A stretch of 64,000 nucleotides of DNA from Octopus sinensis (GCF_006345805.1 NC_043025.1:7750001-7814000); one strand, 5' to 3'. Positions 36,765 through 51,192 are shown, counted from the first letter of the stretch. Program-made: numbers and translations. Notes: generated from the letters alone by a model not told the origin.

Positions 36765-37187
36765 TGGGCACGTAACAAACACCATCCGATCGTGGCCGTT
36801 CGCCAGCCTCATCTGGCACCTGTGTCGGTGGCACATAAAAACACCATCCGAGCGTGGCCGTCTGCCAGCCTCGTCTGGCACCTGTGTCGGTGGCACATAA
36901 AAACACCATCCGAGCGTGGCCGTCTGCCAGCCTCGTCTGGCACCTGTGTCGGTGGCACATAAAAAACACCATCCGAGCGTGGCCGTTCGCCAGCCTCGTC
37001 TGGCACCTGTGTCGGTGGCACATAAAATCACCCACTACACTCTCGGAGTGGTTGGTGTTAGGAAGGGCATCCAGCTGTAGAAACACTGCCAGATCTGACT
37101 GGCCTGGTGCAACCTTTGGGCTCCCCAGACCCCAGTTGAACCGTCCAACCCATGCTAGCATGGAAAGCGGACGTTAAATGATGATGA

Positions 37188-37192
<5 letters not shown>
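36765..37192 (+). mobile_element. Family D element with about four 63-bp internal units
   Basis: gtggcacataaaa(a)caccatccgagcgtggccg... tandem units; (gat)n tail. Confidence 0.85.
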
Positions 37193-37220
<28 letters not shown>

Positions 37221-37228
<8 letters not shown>

Positions 37229-37661
37229 TAAAAAGAATTCCAACCTTGTCTGATTTTCACGTTTTATGTACAATCTTATGAAATAATATAAGATAATACA
37301 ATATAATAGAATAAAATAAAATAATAGAATGTTAAATGTTCATTCTGATTGAACTAGTACTTTCATGCATTAAATTCTGCAATCTTCAGGTTCATGTAGT
37401 AGTGTTGACAGTCATGCTTCACAATTTTTGACTATCAAAAATTTCCACAGTCAAAAATTGTGAAGCGTGACTGTCACCACTACTACATGAACCTGAAGAT
37501 TGGAAAATTTAATGCATGAAAGTACTAGTTCAATCAGAATGAACATTTAACATTCTACTATTTTATTTTATTCTATTATATTATATTATCTTATAATATA
37601 TCATAAGATCGTAAATAAAACGTGAAAATCAGACAAGGTTGGAATTCCTTTTATTAATATA
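37221..37661. repeat. Foldback palindrome, approximately 210-bp arms, 15-bp spacer, with a hammerhead-like core in each arm
   Basis: 37221-37433 is approximately the reverse complement of 37449-37661; cores at 37350-37394 (-) and 37488-37532 (+). Confidence 0.9.
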
Positions 37662-37686
37662 TTCTATACACAATCACACACACCCG

Positions 37687-37761
<75 letters not shown>

Positions 37762-37994
37762 AATGCGAGGGAGAGAGAGGGAGGGAGGGCGAGATGGGAC
37801 AGCCATCTGAACAATGTGGAATGAGGGCCTGGTTCTTTCAATCAATAAAGGTCCATTGACGTCAGAGCAGTCAGGCTGGTAGGCTTCCTGAGACATAGTA
37901 CCTGGGAACCAGATCAAGGTCACGGTCAGTCGTGACAGTTCATACACCCTGACACATGCCTAGCATTGTTGTTTTTTTAACATTGTCTAGACTG

Positions 37995-38900
37995 TGATGC
38001 TAGTGGCAGTGGTGAGGGTGGTAGTGTTGATATGCTGGTGGTGTTGTTGGTAGTGGTGGTGGTTTTGGTGTTAATGGTAGTGGTGGTGTTGTTGGTGGTA
38101 GGGTGGTGGTGTTGATGTTAGTGGTGGTGGTTTTGGTGTTAGTGGCAGTGGTGAGGGTGGTGGTGTTTTTGGTAGTGGTGGTGGTTTTGGTGTTAGTTGT
38201 GTTGTTGGTGGTAGTGGTTCTGGTGTTGATGTTAGTGGTGGTGGTTTTGGTGTTAATGGTAGTGGTGTTGTTGGTGGTGTTGATGTTAGTGGTGGTGGTT
38301 TTGGTGTTAGTGGCAGTGGTGAGGGTGGTGGTGTTGTTGGTAGTGGTGGTGGTTTTGGTGTTAGTGGTGTTGTTGGTGGTAGTGGTTCTGGTGTTGATGT
38401 TAGTGGTGGTGGTTTTGGTGTTAATGGCAGTGGTGAGGGTGGTGGTGTTGATATGGTGGCAGTTTTGTTGGTAGTGGTGGTTTTGGTGTTTGTGGTAGTG
38501 GTGGTGGTTTTGGTGTTAGTGGTGTTGTTGGTGGTAGTGGTTCTGGTGTTGATGTTAGTGGTGGTGGTTTTGGTGTTAATGGCAGTGGTGAGGGTGGTGG
38601 TGTTGATATGGTGGCAGTTTTGTTGGTAGTGGTGGTTTTGGTGTTTGTGGTAGTGGTGGTGGTTTTGGTGTTAGTGGTTGTGGTGTTGTTGGTGGTAGTG
38701 GTGGTGGTTTTGGTGTTAATGGCGGTGGTGTTATTGATATGGTTGTAGTGTTAGTGGTGGTGGTGTTGATATTAGTGGTGGTGGTTTTGGTGTTAGTGGC
38801 AGTTGTGTTGGTGGTAGTGGTGGTGATGCTGATGTTGGCTGGAGGTTGGTGTTGGTGTTAGTGGTGGTGTTGTTGTTGTTGGTAGTGTATTGGAGACGGT
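37995..38900. repeat. (GTG/GTT/GTA)n trinucleotide-based minisatellite with longer internal duplications
   Basis: Directly visible; source of the poly-V ORF. Confidence 0.9.
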
Positions 38901-39000
38901 GAGGGTGGTATAAGCTGTTGTTTAGCCCAAGGTTAGTTCTGACTGAACAGGCAACTGATCGTGTGCATTGATCAGCCATGACCATCCTGTCATTTTTAAC

Positions 39001-39761
39001 GGATCTTTTTTAAAAGAAGGCCAGATTTTTCTAGTTAACTAAATAATTTGAAACTTCGTATACTGGTAGAATGTGTCAAAAGAAAACATTAATTTCAACT
39101 AGTTTTTTTGAGAAAAATGTGTTTTATAAGTTTAAACGTAGTTTAAATCTGCAAATTTTAACCAATCGTATTGTCTGTTTTGATCTGAAATTATTAGCTG
39201 CATAGTGTTACTGTGACGTAGACAGCTATTTTGTGAAAATTTTAAACAGCGTGAGTAAGAAGTAAGCAAACAGCTGTGGTAGATGTGGTTATCATGGCAG
39301 TGGTGGTGGTGTAGTGGTGACAGTGGATGTGTATGATGGCAGCAATTATAGTGTTGGTGTTTTTGTAGAGGTGGTGGCGGCAGTGGATGATGATGATAGT
39401 AGTAGTGGCATTGATTATGTTAGGATATCTCAGTGGTGGTTGTGAATATGATTCTGATATTGATAGTCTTTGCATTGAGGTGGTGGCAGAGTCAGAGTAA
39501 ATAATAAGAGCCCAGTTAACACAAAATTCTTAAATTTCGGAGATCATAAGATAGAGAGCAAGAAGTTAAAAGTTCCAATACTGGCCCAATTCCTACACCC
39601 CAGATTCTTCAACTATTTTATAAGAAAGGGGTTAATGGCAGGTTAGGGATTCAGCTTAAAAATAAATTGTATAACAAAAAATACATAAATGAATTACTGC
39701 TCCAACGATGTAATTTTAGTATGTGTGTATGTATGTATGTATGTATGTATGTATGTATGTA

Positions 39762-39799
<38 letters not shown>

Positions 39800-40589
39800 G
39801 ATCAAAACAGTTTGATTCAAATTCTGTGGTACTTATATATTCATACATACATATACATGTAGATGTATATAACATATATATATATTGTATGTAAACATCT
39901 TTTATATATAATGTGATGATGATGCATCTATAATACACACACATTATAAATATATACACATATATGCATATGCGTTAGAATATGTGTGTATAGGTGTATA
40001 TATATACATATATGCATATGTTTGTATACATGTGTGTGTAGCTATTTAGGATCTACACAAATTTTATATATACTCCACGAAGTTTGAAAGTGTTTAGTTA
40101 GAAAAAAATATTTTTTAAATCTGTAGGTCAAATGGTAAAGATCCGGTATTTTAAATTTTTGTTGCATTTCTAATCTTTCTGATGTCTAAGGATGGATATT
40201 TATGCGTATGAATCTTTTTCTTTTTATTTTGTTTCAAATATAATTCTAGGGAACTGAAAAAGCTGTGTACGATGCCAAGCGAATTTAGCTGTTTACGATA
40301 AGCGGATGTTTACGTTTTAGCTGTTTACATGTTTGCGTTAAGTACGTCACAAAATAGCTGTTTATGTCACAGTAACAATATGTTGACAGGCAGTAAATGA
40401 TATGAGGTCAAAACAAAGAATACCATTGGTTAAAATTCAAATTATTAAACTACGTTAAACTTAGAAATTACAATTCCGTTTTCAATTTGGTTTACAATTA
40501 TGTTTTCTTTTGACACATTCTACCAGTATACGAAGTTTCAAATTGTTTACTTAACTAGAAAAATCTGTCCTTCTTTTAGAAAAGATCCC
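39001..40589. mobile_element. Possible decayed DNA transposon or MITE defined by approximately 240-bp inverted repeats
   Basis: 39001-39090 is a close reverse complement of 40500-40589; weaker similarity extends to 39245 and 40345. Confidence 0.55.
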
Positions 40590-40799
40590 TCTCTTTTACT
40601 CTTTTACTTGTTTCAGTCATTTGACTGCAGCCATGCTGGAGCACCGCCTTTAGTCGAGCAACTCGACCCCGGGACTTATTCTTTTGTTAGCCCAGTACTT
40701 ATTCATTCGGTCTCTTTTGCCGAACTGCTAAGTAACGGGGACATAAACACACCAGCATCAGTTGTCAAGCAATGCTAGGGGGACAAACACACACACGCA

Positions 40800-40831
<32 letters not shown>

Positions 40832-41003
40832 CGACGGGCTTCTTTTCAGTTTCCGTCTACCAAATCCATTCACAAGGCTTTGGTCGGCCCGAGGCTATAG
40901 TAGAAGACACTTGCCCAAGGTGCCACACAGTGGGACTGAACCCGGAACCCGGAACCATGTGGTTGGTAAGCAAGCTACTTACCACACAGCCACTCCTGCG
41001 CCT
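40590..41003 (-). mobile_element. Family A SINE, full length
   Basis: Complete match to the family consensus. Confidence 0.88.
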
Positions 41004-41467
41004 ATATCATGCAATACAGACAAAAAAGGTGATATTTTGACACAGTATCACCATAAAACAACAGAAAAATTGGGTATTATACATTTTAAAATAAAAATTG
41101 GCAAGGGCCCTTAAAATACCATAATGGATCCCCAATCTGCTATTTTGTTGCATGGATTCCCAAAAATCTCTTTTGGACCCTCAGAAGACATAGATCTTCC
41201 CTTGTTGAGAACTATTGGTTTATCTGAACAAATCCATCCCAGCACCTTTTTTTTTTTTTTAATATCTGGTACACATTCTGTTAATCTCATTTGTCAAGTC
41301 ACTAATTTATGTGGATGTAAACACACCAACACCAGCTGCCAAGCAGTACTGGGGGAACAAAAACTGACACAAAGGCACACACACACATACACACATATGA
41401 TGAGCTTCTTTCAGTACCTGTCTAGCAAACCCACTCTCAAAGCTTTGGTTGGCCTGAGGCTATAGTA

Positions 41468-41817
41468 CAGTGCTTTTCAAACTTTTTGCTGGAGTGGAAC
41501 CCAAAGGAAACATTCCACCGGCTCGAGGAACCCCTGTGCAATAATTTAATAGTCTTATGCACACATATCTGCACAGGAAAATTAAAAATTACTGCCGATT
41601 TTAGCAGTTTTGTAACTTCTTGCGGAACCCCTGGACTGTACTGGCGGAACCCCAAGGAAACATTCCACTGGCTCGAGGAACCCCTGTGCAATAATTTAAT
41701 AGTCTTATGCATACATATCTGCACAGGAAAATTAAAAATTACTGCCGATTTTAGCAGTTTTGTAACTTCTTAGGAACCCCTGGACTGTACTGGCGGAACC
41801 CTGGTTGAAAACCACTG
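41468..41817. mobile_element. hAT-like MITE with a 150-bp internal tandem duplication, inserted in a family A SINE
   Basis: TIRs cagtgcttttcaa / ttgaaaaccactg; 8-bp TSD ctatagta / gtatagta (7/8); the SINE resumes at gaagata. Confidence 0.8.
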
Positions 41818-41974
41818 GTATAGTAGAAGATAATTGCCCAATAGGTCACACAGTGCGACTGAACCTGGAACTATGTAGTTTGAAAGCAAATTTCTGACCA
41901 CACAGCCACACCTGTGTCTTGGCATGCAGCAACACCTGACTTTATAAACATATATACACACACACACACATATA

Positions 41975-42708
41975 TCTCTTTTACTCTTTTACTTGTTTCA
42001 GTCATTTGACTGCGGCCATGCTGGAGCACCGCCTTTAGTCGAGCAACTCGACCAGGGACTTATTCTTTTGTAAGCCCAGTACTTATTCTATCGGTCTCTT
42101 TTGCCGAACTGCTAAGTGACGGGGACATAAACACACCAGCATCAGTTGTCAAGCAATGCTAGGGGGACAAACACACACACGCATATATATATATACATAT
42201 ATACGATGGGCTTCTTTCAGTTTCCGTCTACCAAATCCACTCACAAGGCTTTGGTCGGTCCAAGACTATAGTAGAAGACACTTGCCCAAGATGCCACGCA
42301 GTGGGACTGAACCCGGAACCATGTGGTTGGTAAACAAGCTACTTACCACACAGCCACTCCTTTGCCTATTTATATATATATACGACAGGCTTCTTTCAGT
42401 TTCCGTCTACCAAATCCACTCACAAGGCTTTGGTCAGCCTGAGACTATAGTAGAAGACTCTTGCCCAAGGTGTCACGCAGTGGGACTGAACCCGGAACCA
42501 TGTGGTTGGTAAATAAGCTACTTACCACACAGCCAATCCTATACGACAGGCTTCTTTCAGTTTCCGTCTACCAAATCCACTCACAAGGCTTTGGTCAGCC
42601 TGAGACTATAGTAGAAGACTCTTGCCCAAGGTGTCACGCAGTGGGACTGAACCCGGAACCATGTGGTTGGTAAACAAGCTACTTACCACACAGCCACTCC
42701 TGCGCCTA
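41975..42708 (-). mobile_element. Family A SINE plus two extra head/CORE modules in tandem
   Basis: Head modules end at about 42365, 42537 and 42708; the last two share the private variants cctgagac and gactcttg. Confidence 0.85.
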
Positions 42709-43084
42709 TAAATACACTTTTTGTTCTTTTCCTTCTCTATTTATAACTTTTGTGTCTATAGGAAAATAAGCTTCGATTTTTATGCATTCGCGAAACCCAG
42801 AGAACCATGAAAATTGTCAACACAAACAGCCACGATTGATGTCAATAGAAAAAAAAAACCATGAATGATGTCAACACAAATAATAATAAATGACGTCAAC
42901 ACGCACCCACATGCATACACGTACGCACGTTACGCACGTATGCACAGTCATGTAAATGTGCAGTCACACACATAATTGTTTTCTCACCAACAAGCATGCT
43001 TATGTAACAATAAAAACCTGAAGGCAAAAAGTTAGTTTTTTTTTAATCTGCTTTTTCCGTCTTTGAGTCAGAACACAAACATGC

Positions 43085-43980
<896 letters not shown>

Positions 43981-44751
43981 TCAGGTGCGTTTCACTTTGT
44001 GCTACACATATTGTCTTTTCTCGCTGTACAAGATCTGTGAGGTGTGCTACTTTTGTTCTCTCTGTGAAGTGTGTAAGACCCTGTACCTTCAGCATTGTTA
44101 CTGAGATGAGTTTGTGGGATGGTGACGGCAATGGTGTGTGGTGGTGCCCTGGGGGTAATAGCATTGGTACCCTGGGGGTAATAGCAGTGGTTGGTGCTGT
44201 GAGGGAGCTTTCCTAGCTTTCTTTTAATTGTTCCAGTCACTACACTCACGGAGTGGTTGGCGTTAGGAAGGGCATCCAGCTGTAGAAACACAGCCAGATC
44301 AGACTGGAGCCTGGTGCAGCCTCCTGGCTTTCCAGATCCCCGGTTGAACCATCCAACCCATGCTAGCATGGAGAATGGATGTTAGACGATGATGATGATG
44401 ATTTGACTGCTGCCATGCTGGAGCACTGCCTTTGGTCGAACAAATCAACCTCAGGACTTATTCTTTGTAAGCCTAGTATTTATTCTATTGGTCTCTTTTG
44501 CCAAACCCCTAAGTTACGGGAACCTGTACACACCAACATCAGTTGTCAAGCAATGGTGGGGGGACAAACACACACACACATACATACGATGGACTTCTTT
44601 CGGTTTCCAGCTACCGAATCCACTCACAAGGCTTTGGTCGGCCCAAAGCTATAGTAGAAGACAATTGCCCAAGGTGCCATGCAGTGGGACTGAACCCGGA
44701 ACCATGTGGTTGGTAAATAAGCTACTTACCACACAGTCACTCATGCACCTA

Positions 44752-44962
44752 CTCTCTTTTACTTCTTTCAGTCATTTGACTGCGGCCATGCTGGAGCACC
44801 ACCTTTAGTCGAGCAAATCGACCCCGGGACTTATTCTTTGTAAGCCCAGTACTTATTCTACCGGTCTCCTTTTGCCGAACCGCTAAGTGACGGGGACATA
44901 AACACACCAGCATCGGTTGTCAAGTAATGCCAGGGGGACAAACAGACACACAAACACACACG

Positions 44963-45016
<54 letters not shown>

Positions 45017-45200
45017 ATATATATACACATATATACGACGGGCTTCTTTCAGTTTCCGTCTATCAAATCCACTCACAAGGCTTTGGTCGGCCCGAGGCTA
45101 TAGTAGAAGACACTTGCCCAAGGTGCCACGCAGTGGGACTGAACCCAGAACCATGTGGTTGGTAAGCAAGCTACTTACCACATAGCCACTCCTGCGCCTA
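44752..45200 (-). mobile_element. Family A SINE, full length
   Basis: Complete match; an older diverged copy lies at 44403-44740. Confidence 0.88.
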
Positions 45201-45239
45201 TACATGTGTAGAAATTATTAAGTGTGATTTAACATTTAA

Positions 45240-45925
45240 CCCTTTCGTTACCAACCCGGCTAAAACCGGCTCTGGCTCTTTAGTATAAATAAAATCTCCC
45301 ACCAAACCTTAGTCACAATTTATGTTCCTAACACTAGCTTAATGATAACTAAGTTATTTTACTAAATTCTTTGTTATATTTAAAGTAATTGAAAGAAACA
45401 CAGAGCATCTCAACAGAAATATGGTAACAAAAGGGTTCAAATCACCATGATATTTTTAACCCTTTTGATACCAGCCCGGCTGAAACCAGCTCTGGCTCTT
45501 TAGTACAAATGTCTTGTTTCCCTAAGTTTTGAATTAAAATCTCCCACCAAACCTTAGTCACAATTTATGTTCCTAACACTAGCTTAATGATAAGAAAGTT
45601 AATTTACGAAATTCTTTGTTATATTTAAAATAATTGAAAGAAACACAGAGCATCTCAACAGAAATATGGTAACAAAAGGGTTCAAATCACCATGATATTT
45701 TTAACCCTTTTGATACCAGCCCGGCTGAAACCAGCTCTGGCTCTTTAGTACAAATGTCTTGTTTCCCTAAGTTTTGAATTAAAATCTCCCACCAAACCTT
45801 AGTCACAATTTATGTTCCTAACACTAGCTTAATGATAACTAAGTTATTTTACGAAATTCTTTGTTATATTTAAAATAATTGAAAGAAACACAGAGCATCT
45901 CAAAATAAATACAGTAATGACAGGG
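45240..45925 (+). mobile_element. piggyBac-like MITE trimer
   Basis: Units 45240-45435, 45460-45680 and 45705-45925; outer TTAA on both sides; identical 24-bp linkers. Confidence 0.82.
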
Positions 45926-46504
45926 TTAATAGTGGTGGTGGTGTTGTTAGATGTGTGCTTTGCCATCGGCTGGTATTGCTGCGTCTTGTCCCAGGTAAAT
46001 GGGTGAAGTTACAGTCATTGCATATGCATAGGCTCTCACAATAAGGACAGCGGCATATTGTGGGGTTTCATGGGTTCATAATTTTATTTTATTTACAGTT
46101 GGCAGATTTATCATGTAGCTGTCATGTAGACATTCAGATTGAAGTAGACAGTGGCTGGGTGGGGTGGTGGTGGTGGTGGTGGTGGTGAGGAGAAAGGAGT
46201 GGTCTTTCACTAACTGGAGTAGTAGTAGTAGTAGTGGTAGTAATAGTAACGAGTAACAGTAGAATAAGGTAACAATGGTGATGATGGATCTCTTGTGTTA
46301 TTCTGAGAAAAATTTGAGGGTCCTCACTTGTGGAGAAGAGCTAGAGGCTGTGTTGTTTAACAGGTCATCAATTGTTCTAGTACTGAACAATCACTTCTAA
46401 TGCTGATTTTGTTGCTATTGTTTAGTTGTTAGGGCAGCAGCGGCAGCAGGAGGCACAATGGCCCAGTGGTTAGGGCAGTGGACTTGCTTTTCCTTTATTC
46501 ACCT

Positions 46505-47158
46505 TTCAGCCTCGTCTGGCCCCCGTGCCGGTGGCACATAAAAAGCACCATCCGAGCGTGGCCGTCTGCCAGCCTCGTCTGGCACCTGTGTCGGTGGCAC
46601 ATAAAAAGCACCATCCGAGCGTGGCCGTCTGCCAGCCTCGTCTGGCACCTGTGTCGGTGGCACATAAAAAGCACCATCCGAGCGTGGCCGTCTGCCAGCC
46701 TCGTCTGGCACCTGTGTCGGTGGCACATAAAAAACACCATCCGAGCGTGCCGTCTGCCAGCCTCGTCTGGCACCTGTGTCGGTGGCACATAAAAAACACC
46801 ATCCGAGCGTGGCCGTCTGCCAGCCTCGTCTGGCACCTGTGTTGGTGGCACATAAAAAGCACCATCCGAGCGTGGCCGTCTGCCAGCCTCGTCTGGCACC
46901 TGTGTCGGTGGCACATAAAAAACACCATCCGAGCGTGGCCGTCTGCCAGCCTCGTCTGGCACCTGTGTCGGTGGCACATAAAATCACCCACTACACTCTC
47001 GGAGTGGTTGGCGTTAGGAAGGGCATCCAGCTGTAGAAACACTGCCAGATCTGACTGGCCTGGAGCAGCCTTCGGGCTCCCCAGACCCCAGTTGAACCAT
47101 CCAACCCATGCTAGCATGGAAAGCAGACGTTAAATGAGGATGATGATGATGATGATGA
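46505..47158 (+). mobile_element. Family D element with about seven 63-bp internal units
   Basis: Units start at 46531, 46594, 46657, 46720 and onward; (gat)n tail. Confidence 0.88.
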
Positions 47159-47409
47159 CTATATTAACCTCTACCCCCATCTCTAATCATCTTTCACTTT
47201 TCTCTCATACTCTTGTAAAACTTATTGGTCCATCCTTCCTAGTCTTCTGTCCCTGTTCACTCATATACCCACCCTCCTTGTACCTTCAGGGTATCATCTG
47301 ACGCTTCATCACTGTCATCTTTACCTGTTTAACCAAAATACTTCCAGCCACCCTTATATAATGTGAGGCAGGTATCTCCTTTATAGCGTGACACCTTGTT
47401 TCTTTATTG

Positions 47410-47822
47410 CCCACATGGCCATTGCCAGCCCCGCCCTGACGGGTCTCCGTGCTGGTGGCATGTAAAAAGCACCATCCGATCGTGGCCATTGCCAGCCTCG
47501 CCTGATCCCCTGTGCCAGTGGCACGTAAAAAGCACCATCCGATCGTGGCCATTGCCAGCCTCGCCTGGCCCCTGTGCCGGTAGCACGTAAAAAGTACCAT
47601 CCGACCGTGGCCGTTTGCCAGTCCCGTCTGGCACCTGTGCCGGTGACATGTAAAAAGCACCCACTACACTCACGGAGTGGTTGGCGTTAGGAAGGGCATC
47701 CAGCCATAGAAACATTGCCAGATCAGACTGGGCCTGGTGCAGCCTTCTGGCTTCCCGGACCCCAGTTGAACCGTCCAACCCATGCTAGCAAGGAAAGCGG
47801 ATGCTAAATGATGATGATGATG
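47410..47822 (+). mobile_element. Family D element (three to four diverged internal units)
   Basis: Matches family D and ends (gat)n. Confidence 0.8.
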
Positions 47823-48002
47823 GGGCCAACATAGAGGGGACAATATAGTCTGGAATGGGGTCAGATGTATAAAATGAGATATGAAAATCTACAATGAAAT
47901 CGAATGGAAAATCGGATGGTAACACAAATTACAAAACAAATTGACAAACATGCGGCCAAAGGGTGGGAGATTCCTGTCTTGCATATTATATGTTGACCTC
48001 AA

Positions 48003-48385
48003 GGAGGCGCAATGGCCCAGTGGTTAGGGCAGTGGACTTGCGGTCGTAGGATCGCGGTTTCGATTCCCAGACCGGGCGTTGTGAGTGTTTATTGAGCGAA
48101 AACACCTAAAGCTCTACGAGGCTCCGGCAGGGGGTGGTGATCCCTGCTGTACTCTTTCACCACAACTTTCTCTCACTCTTACTTCCTGTTTCTGTTGTAC
48201 CTGTATTTCAAAGGACCAGCCTTGTCACTCTCTGTGTCACGCTGAATATCCCCGAGAACTACGTTAAGGGTACACGTGTCTGTGGAGTGCTCAGCCACTT
48301 ACACGTTAATTTCACGAGCAGGCTGTTCCGTTGATCGGATCAAAAGGAACCCTCGTCGTCGTAACCGACGGAGTGCTTCCATCCA
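48003..48385 (+). mobile_element. Family B SINE (B1), full length
   Basis: Near-identical to 1513-1905. Confidence 0.85.
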
Positions 48386-48599
48386 CCATGTTGATCTCAA
48401 GGTCTGGTGTGATCAAAAATGCACCCAGTACACTCTGTATAATGATTGGCATGAGGTATAGCTTCCATTTCAGGTATAGAAATCATGCCAAAACATACAC
48501 TGGAACTCAAGGTATCTTGAGATGTTTTAGATCTTGTTGAAAGTCCAATCCATGCCAGCATGCAAGATGGATATTAAATGATGATGATGATGATGATGA

Positions 48600-49555
48600 T
48601 GCACACACTTATTTACAATAACACACACACACACACACACACACGTACACATAGACTCACATGCATAAGTAGATACACACGCAAACATACACATACACAC
48701 ACATACACATATACAAATACACACACACTTATACATATACACACGTACACACACAGACATAACCACACACACACACACACACACACACATACATACATAC
48801 ACACGTAGAAATACATGCTCACTTACACATATACATACAGAGAGAGACATATCCCCCACACACATATACATACACATACACACATATACGCATACAATAC
48901 ACACATACACATTTACATATATACACCCACACTTATATATGTACACATACTAACACACGTACACACATGCACACATACACATACATACACATGTATAAAT
49001 ACATGCACACTTACACATATACATATACACACATGTACATACACGTGTACACACACACATGCACACATACACATATACACATACTAACACACGTACACAC
49101 ACATGCACACACATACACATATACACACATGTATAACTACATGCACACACACATATATACACATTTACACATATCCACCCACGCTTAGATACACACACAT
49201 ACTAACACATACACACACACGTACACACACATGCACACATACACATATACACACATGTATAACTACATTTACACATATACACCCACACTTATATACACAC
49301 ACATACTAACACACATACACACACATGCTAACACATACACACATACACACATGTATAACTACATTTGCACATATACACCCACACTTATATACACACACAT
49401 ACTAACACACATACACACACATGCTAACACACATGCACACATACACATATACACACATGTATAACTATATGCACACACATATACATACACATTTACACAT
49501 ATACACCCACACTTATATACATACACATACTAACACACGTACACACACACACACA
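48600..49555. repeat. Degenerate (AC/AT)-rich minisatellite
   Basis: Directly visible. Confidence 0.9.
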
Positions 49556-50174
49556 CCGGCAAACATTCCAGCTGAACCATAACACCATTTGAATTACGCA
49601 GCAAAACTCTCACATTCTGTTTACAGACATTGTGTGATAATTCACAGAACTTTCCCCACCATACACATCCTCATTAGTTCTAGGTATCAGCTCTCAAATT
49701 TCTCACCTGAATATGGGTATTTTATACAGCTTTTATTGCTTTTAATGCCATATTAGTTACCTAATTAAAATGTGTTTATGATTAGGAGTGGCTGCGTGGT
49801 AAGTAGCTTGTTTACCAACCACATGGTTCTGGGTTCATTCCCACAGCGTGGCATCTTGGTCAAGTGTCTTCTACTATAGCTTTGGGCCGACCAAAGCCTT
49901 ATGAGTGGATTTGGTAGACGGAAACTGAAAGAAGCCCATCGTATATATGTATATATATATATATATATATATTTGTAAAAAATGAAGTTCGAAAATGCTG
50001 GTGTATTATACAATTTTTAATTTTTATATATATACATTATAACATGTTTATATATATATATATATATATATATTTATTATATAGAAGGAGCTTCTACAGG
50101 ACTAGAACTAATTTTACTCTGCTATGTATTGAGTACCTTATTTACTGTGGTTAACCCCGAATCAACCCGGGACC

Positions 50175-50228
<54 letters not shown>

Positions 50229-50231
50229 CAC

Positions 50232-50566
50232 AGGAGTGGCTGTGTGGTAAGTAGCTTGCTTACCAACCACATGGTTCCAGGTTAGGTCCCACTGCGTGGC
50301 ACCTTGGGCAAGTGCCCTCTATAACCTCTAGCCGCGACCAAAGCCTTGTGAGTGGATTTGGTAGACGGAAGCAGAAAGAAGGTTGTCATATATATATATA
50401 TATAGGCGCAGGAGTGGCTGTGTGGTAAGTAGCCTGCTTACGAACCACACAGTTCCGGGTTCAGTCCCACTGCATGGCACCTTGGGTAAGTGTCTTCTAC
50501 AATAGCCTCGGGCCGACCAAAGCCTTGTGAGTGGATTTGTAGATGGAAACAGAAAGAAGGCTGTCG

Positions 50567-50599
<33 letters not shown>

Positions 50600-51127
50600 T
50601 ATATATATATAGGCGCAGGAGTGGCTGTGTTGTAAGTAGCTTGCTTACGAATCACATGGTTCCGGGTTCAGTCCCACTGCGTGGCATCTTGGGTAAGTGT
50701 CTTCTACTATAGCCTTCGAGTTGAGACGCATAAAAAATCTATCTATCATCTCTACATTTCTGTCTGTCTGTCTCTCTCTGTCTCCCTCTGTCTCTCTGTG
50801 TCTCCCTGTGTCTCTCTAGGGCGTCCAGCCATAGAAAATTATGCCAAGTCAGACTGGACCCAGGCACGACCTTCCAGCGTGCCAGCCCAAGTCAAACCAT
50901 CCAATCCATGCCAGCATGGACAACAAATGTTAAATGATGATGATATATATGTATGTATATATATAGGTGCAGGAGTGGCTGTGTGGTAAGTAGCTTGCTA
51001 ACCAACCACATGGTTCCGGGTTCAGTCTCACTGCGTGGCATCTTGGGCAAGTGTCTTCTGCTATAGCCCCGGACCAACCAAAGCCTTGTGAGTGGATTTG
51101 GTAGACGGAAACTGAAAGAAGCCTGTC

Positions 51128-51192
<65 letters not shown>

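Noticed and set aside
46466-47133. Repetitive 160-200 aa ORFs with 21-aa periodicity
   Set aside because: They arise from the 63-bp VNTR inside dispersed family D and are open on both strands.
46328-47324. Two minus-strand micro-exon candidates (47284-47324 GKDDSDEASDDTLK; 46328-46376 TIDDLLNNTASSSSPQ)
   Set aside because: Splice signals are plausible but the phases are incompatible (0 out, 2 in), there is no recognisable homology, and they are antisense to the CMIP-like exon.
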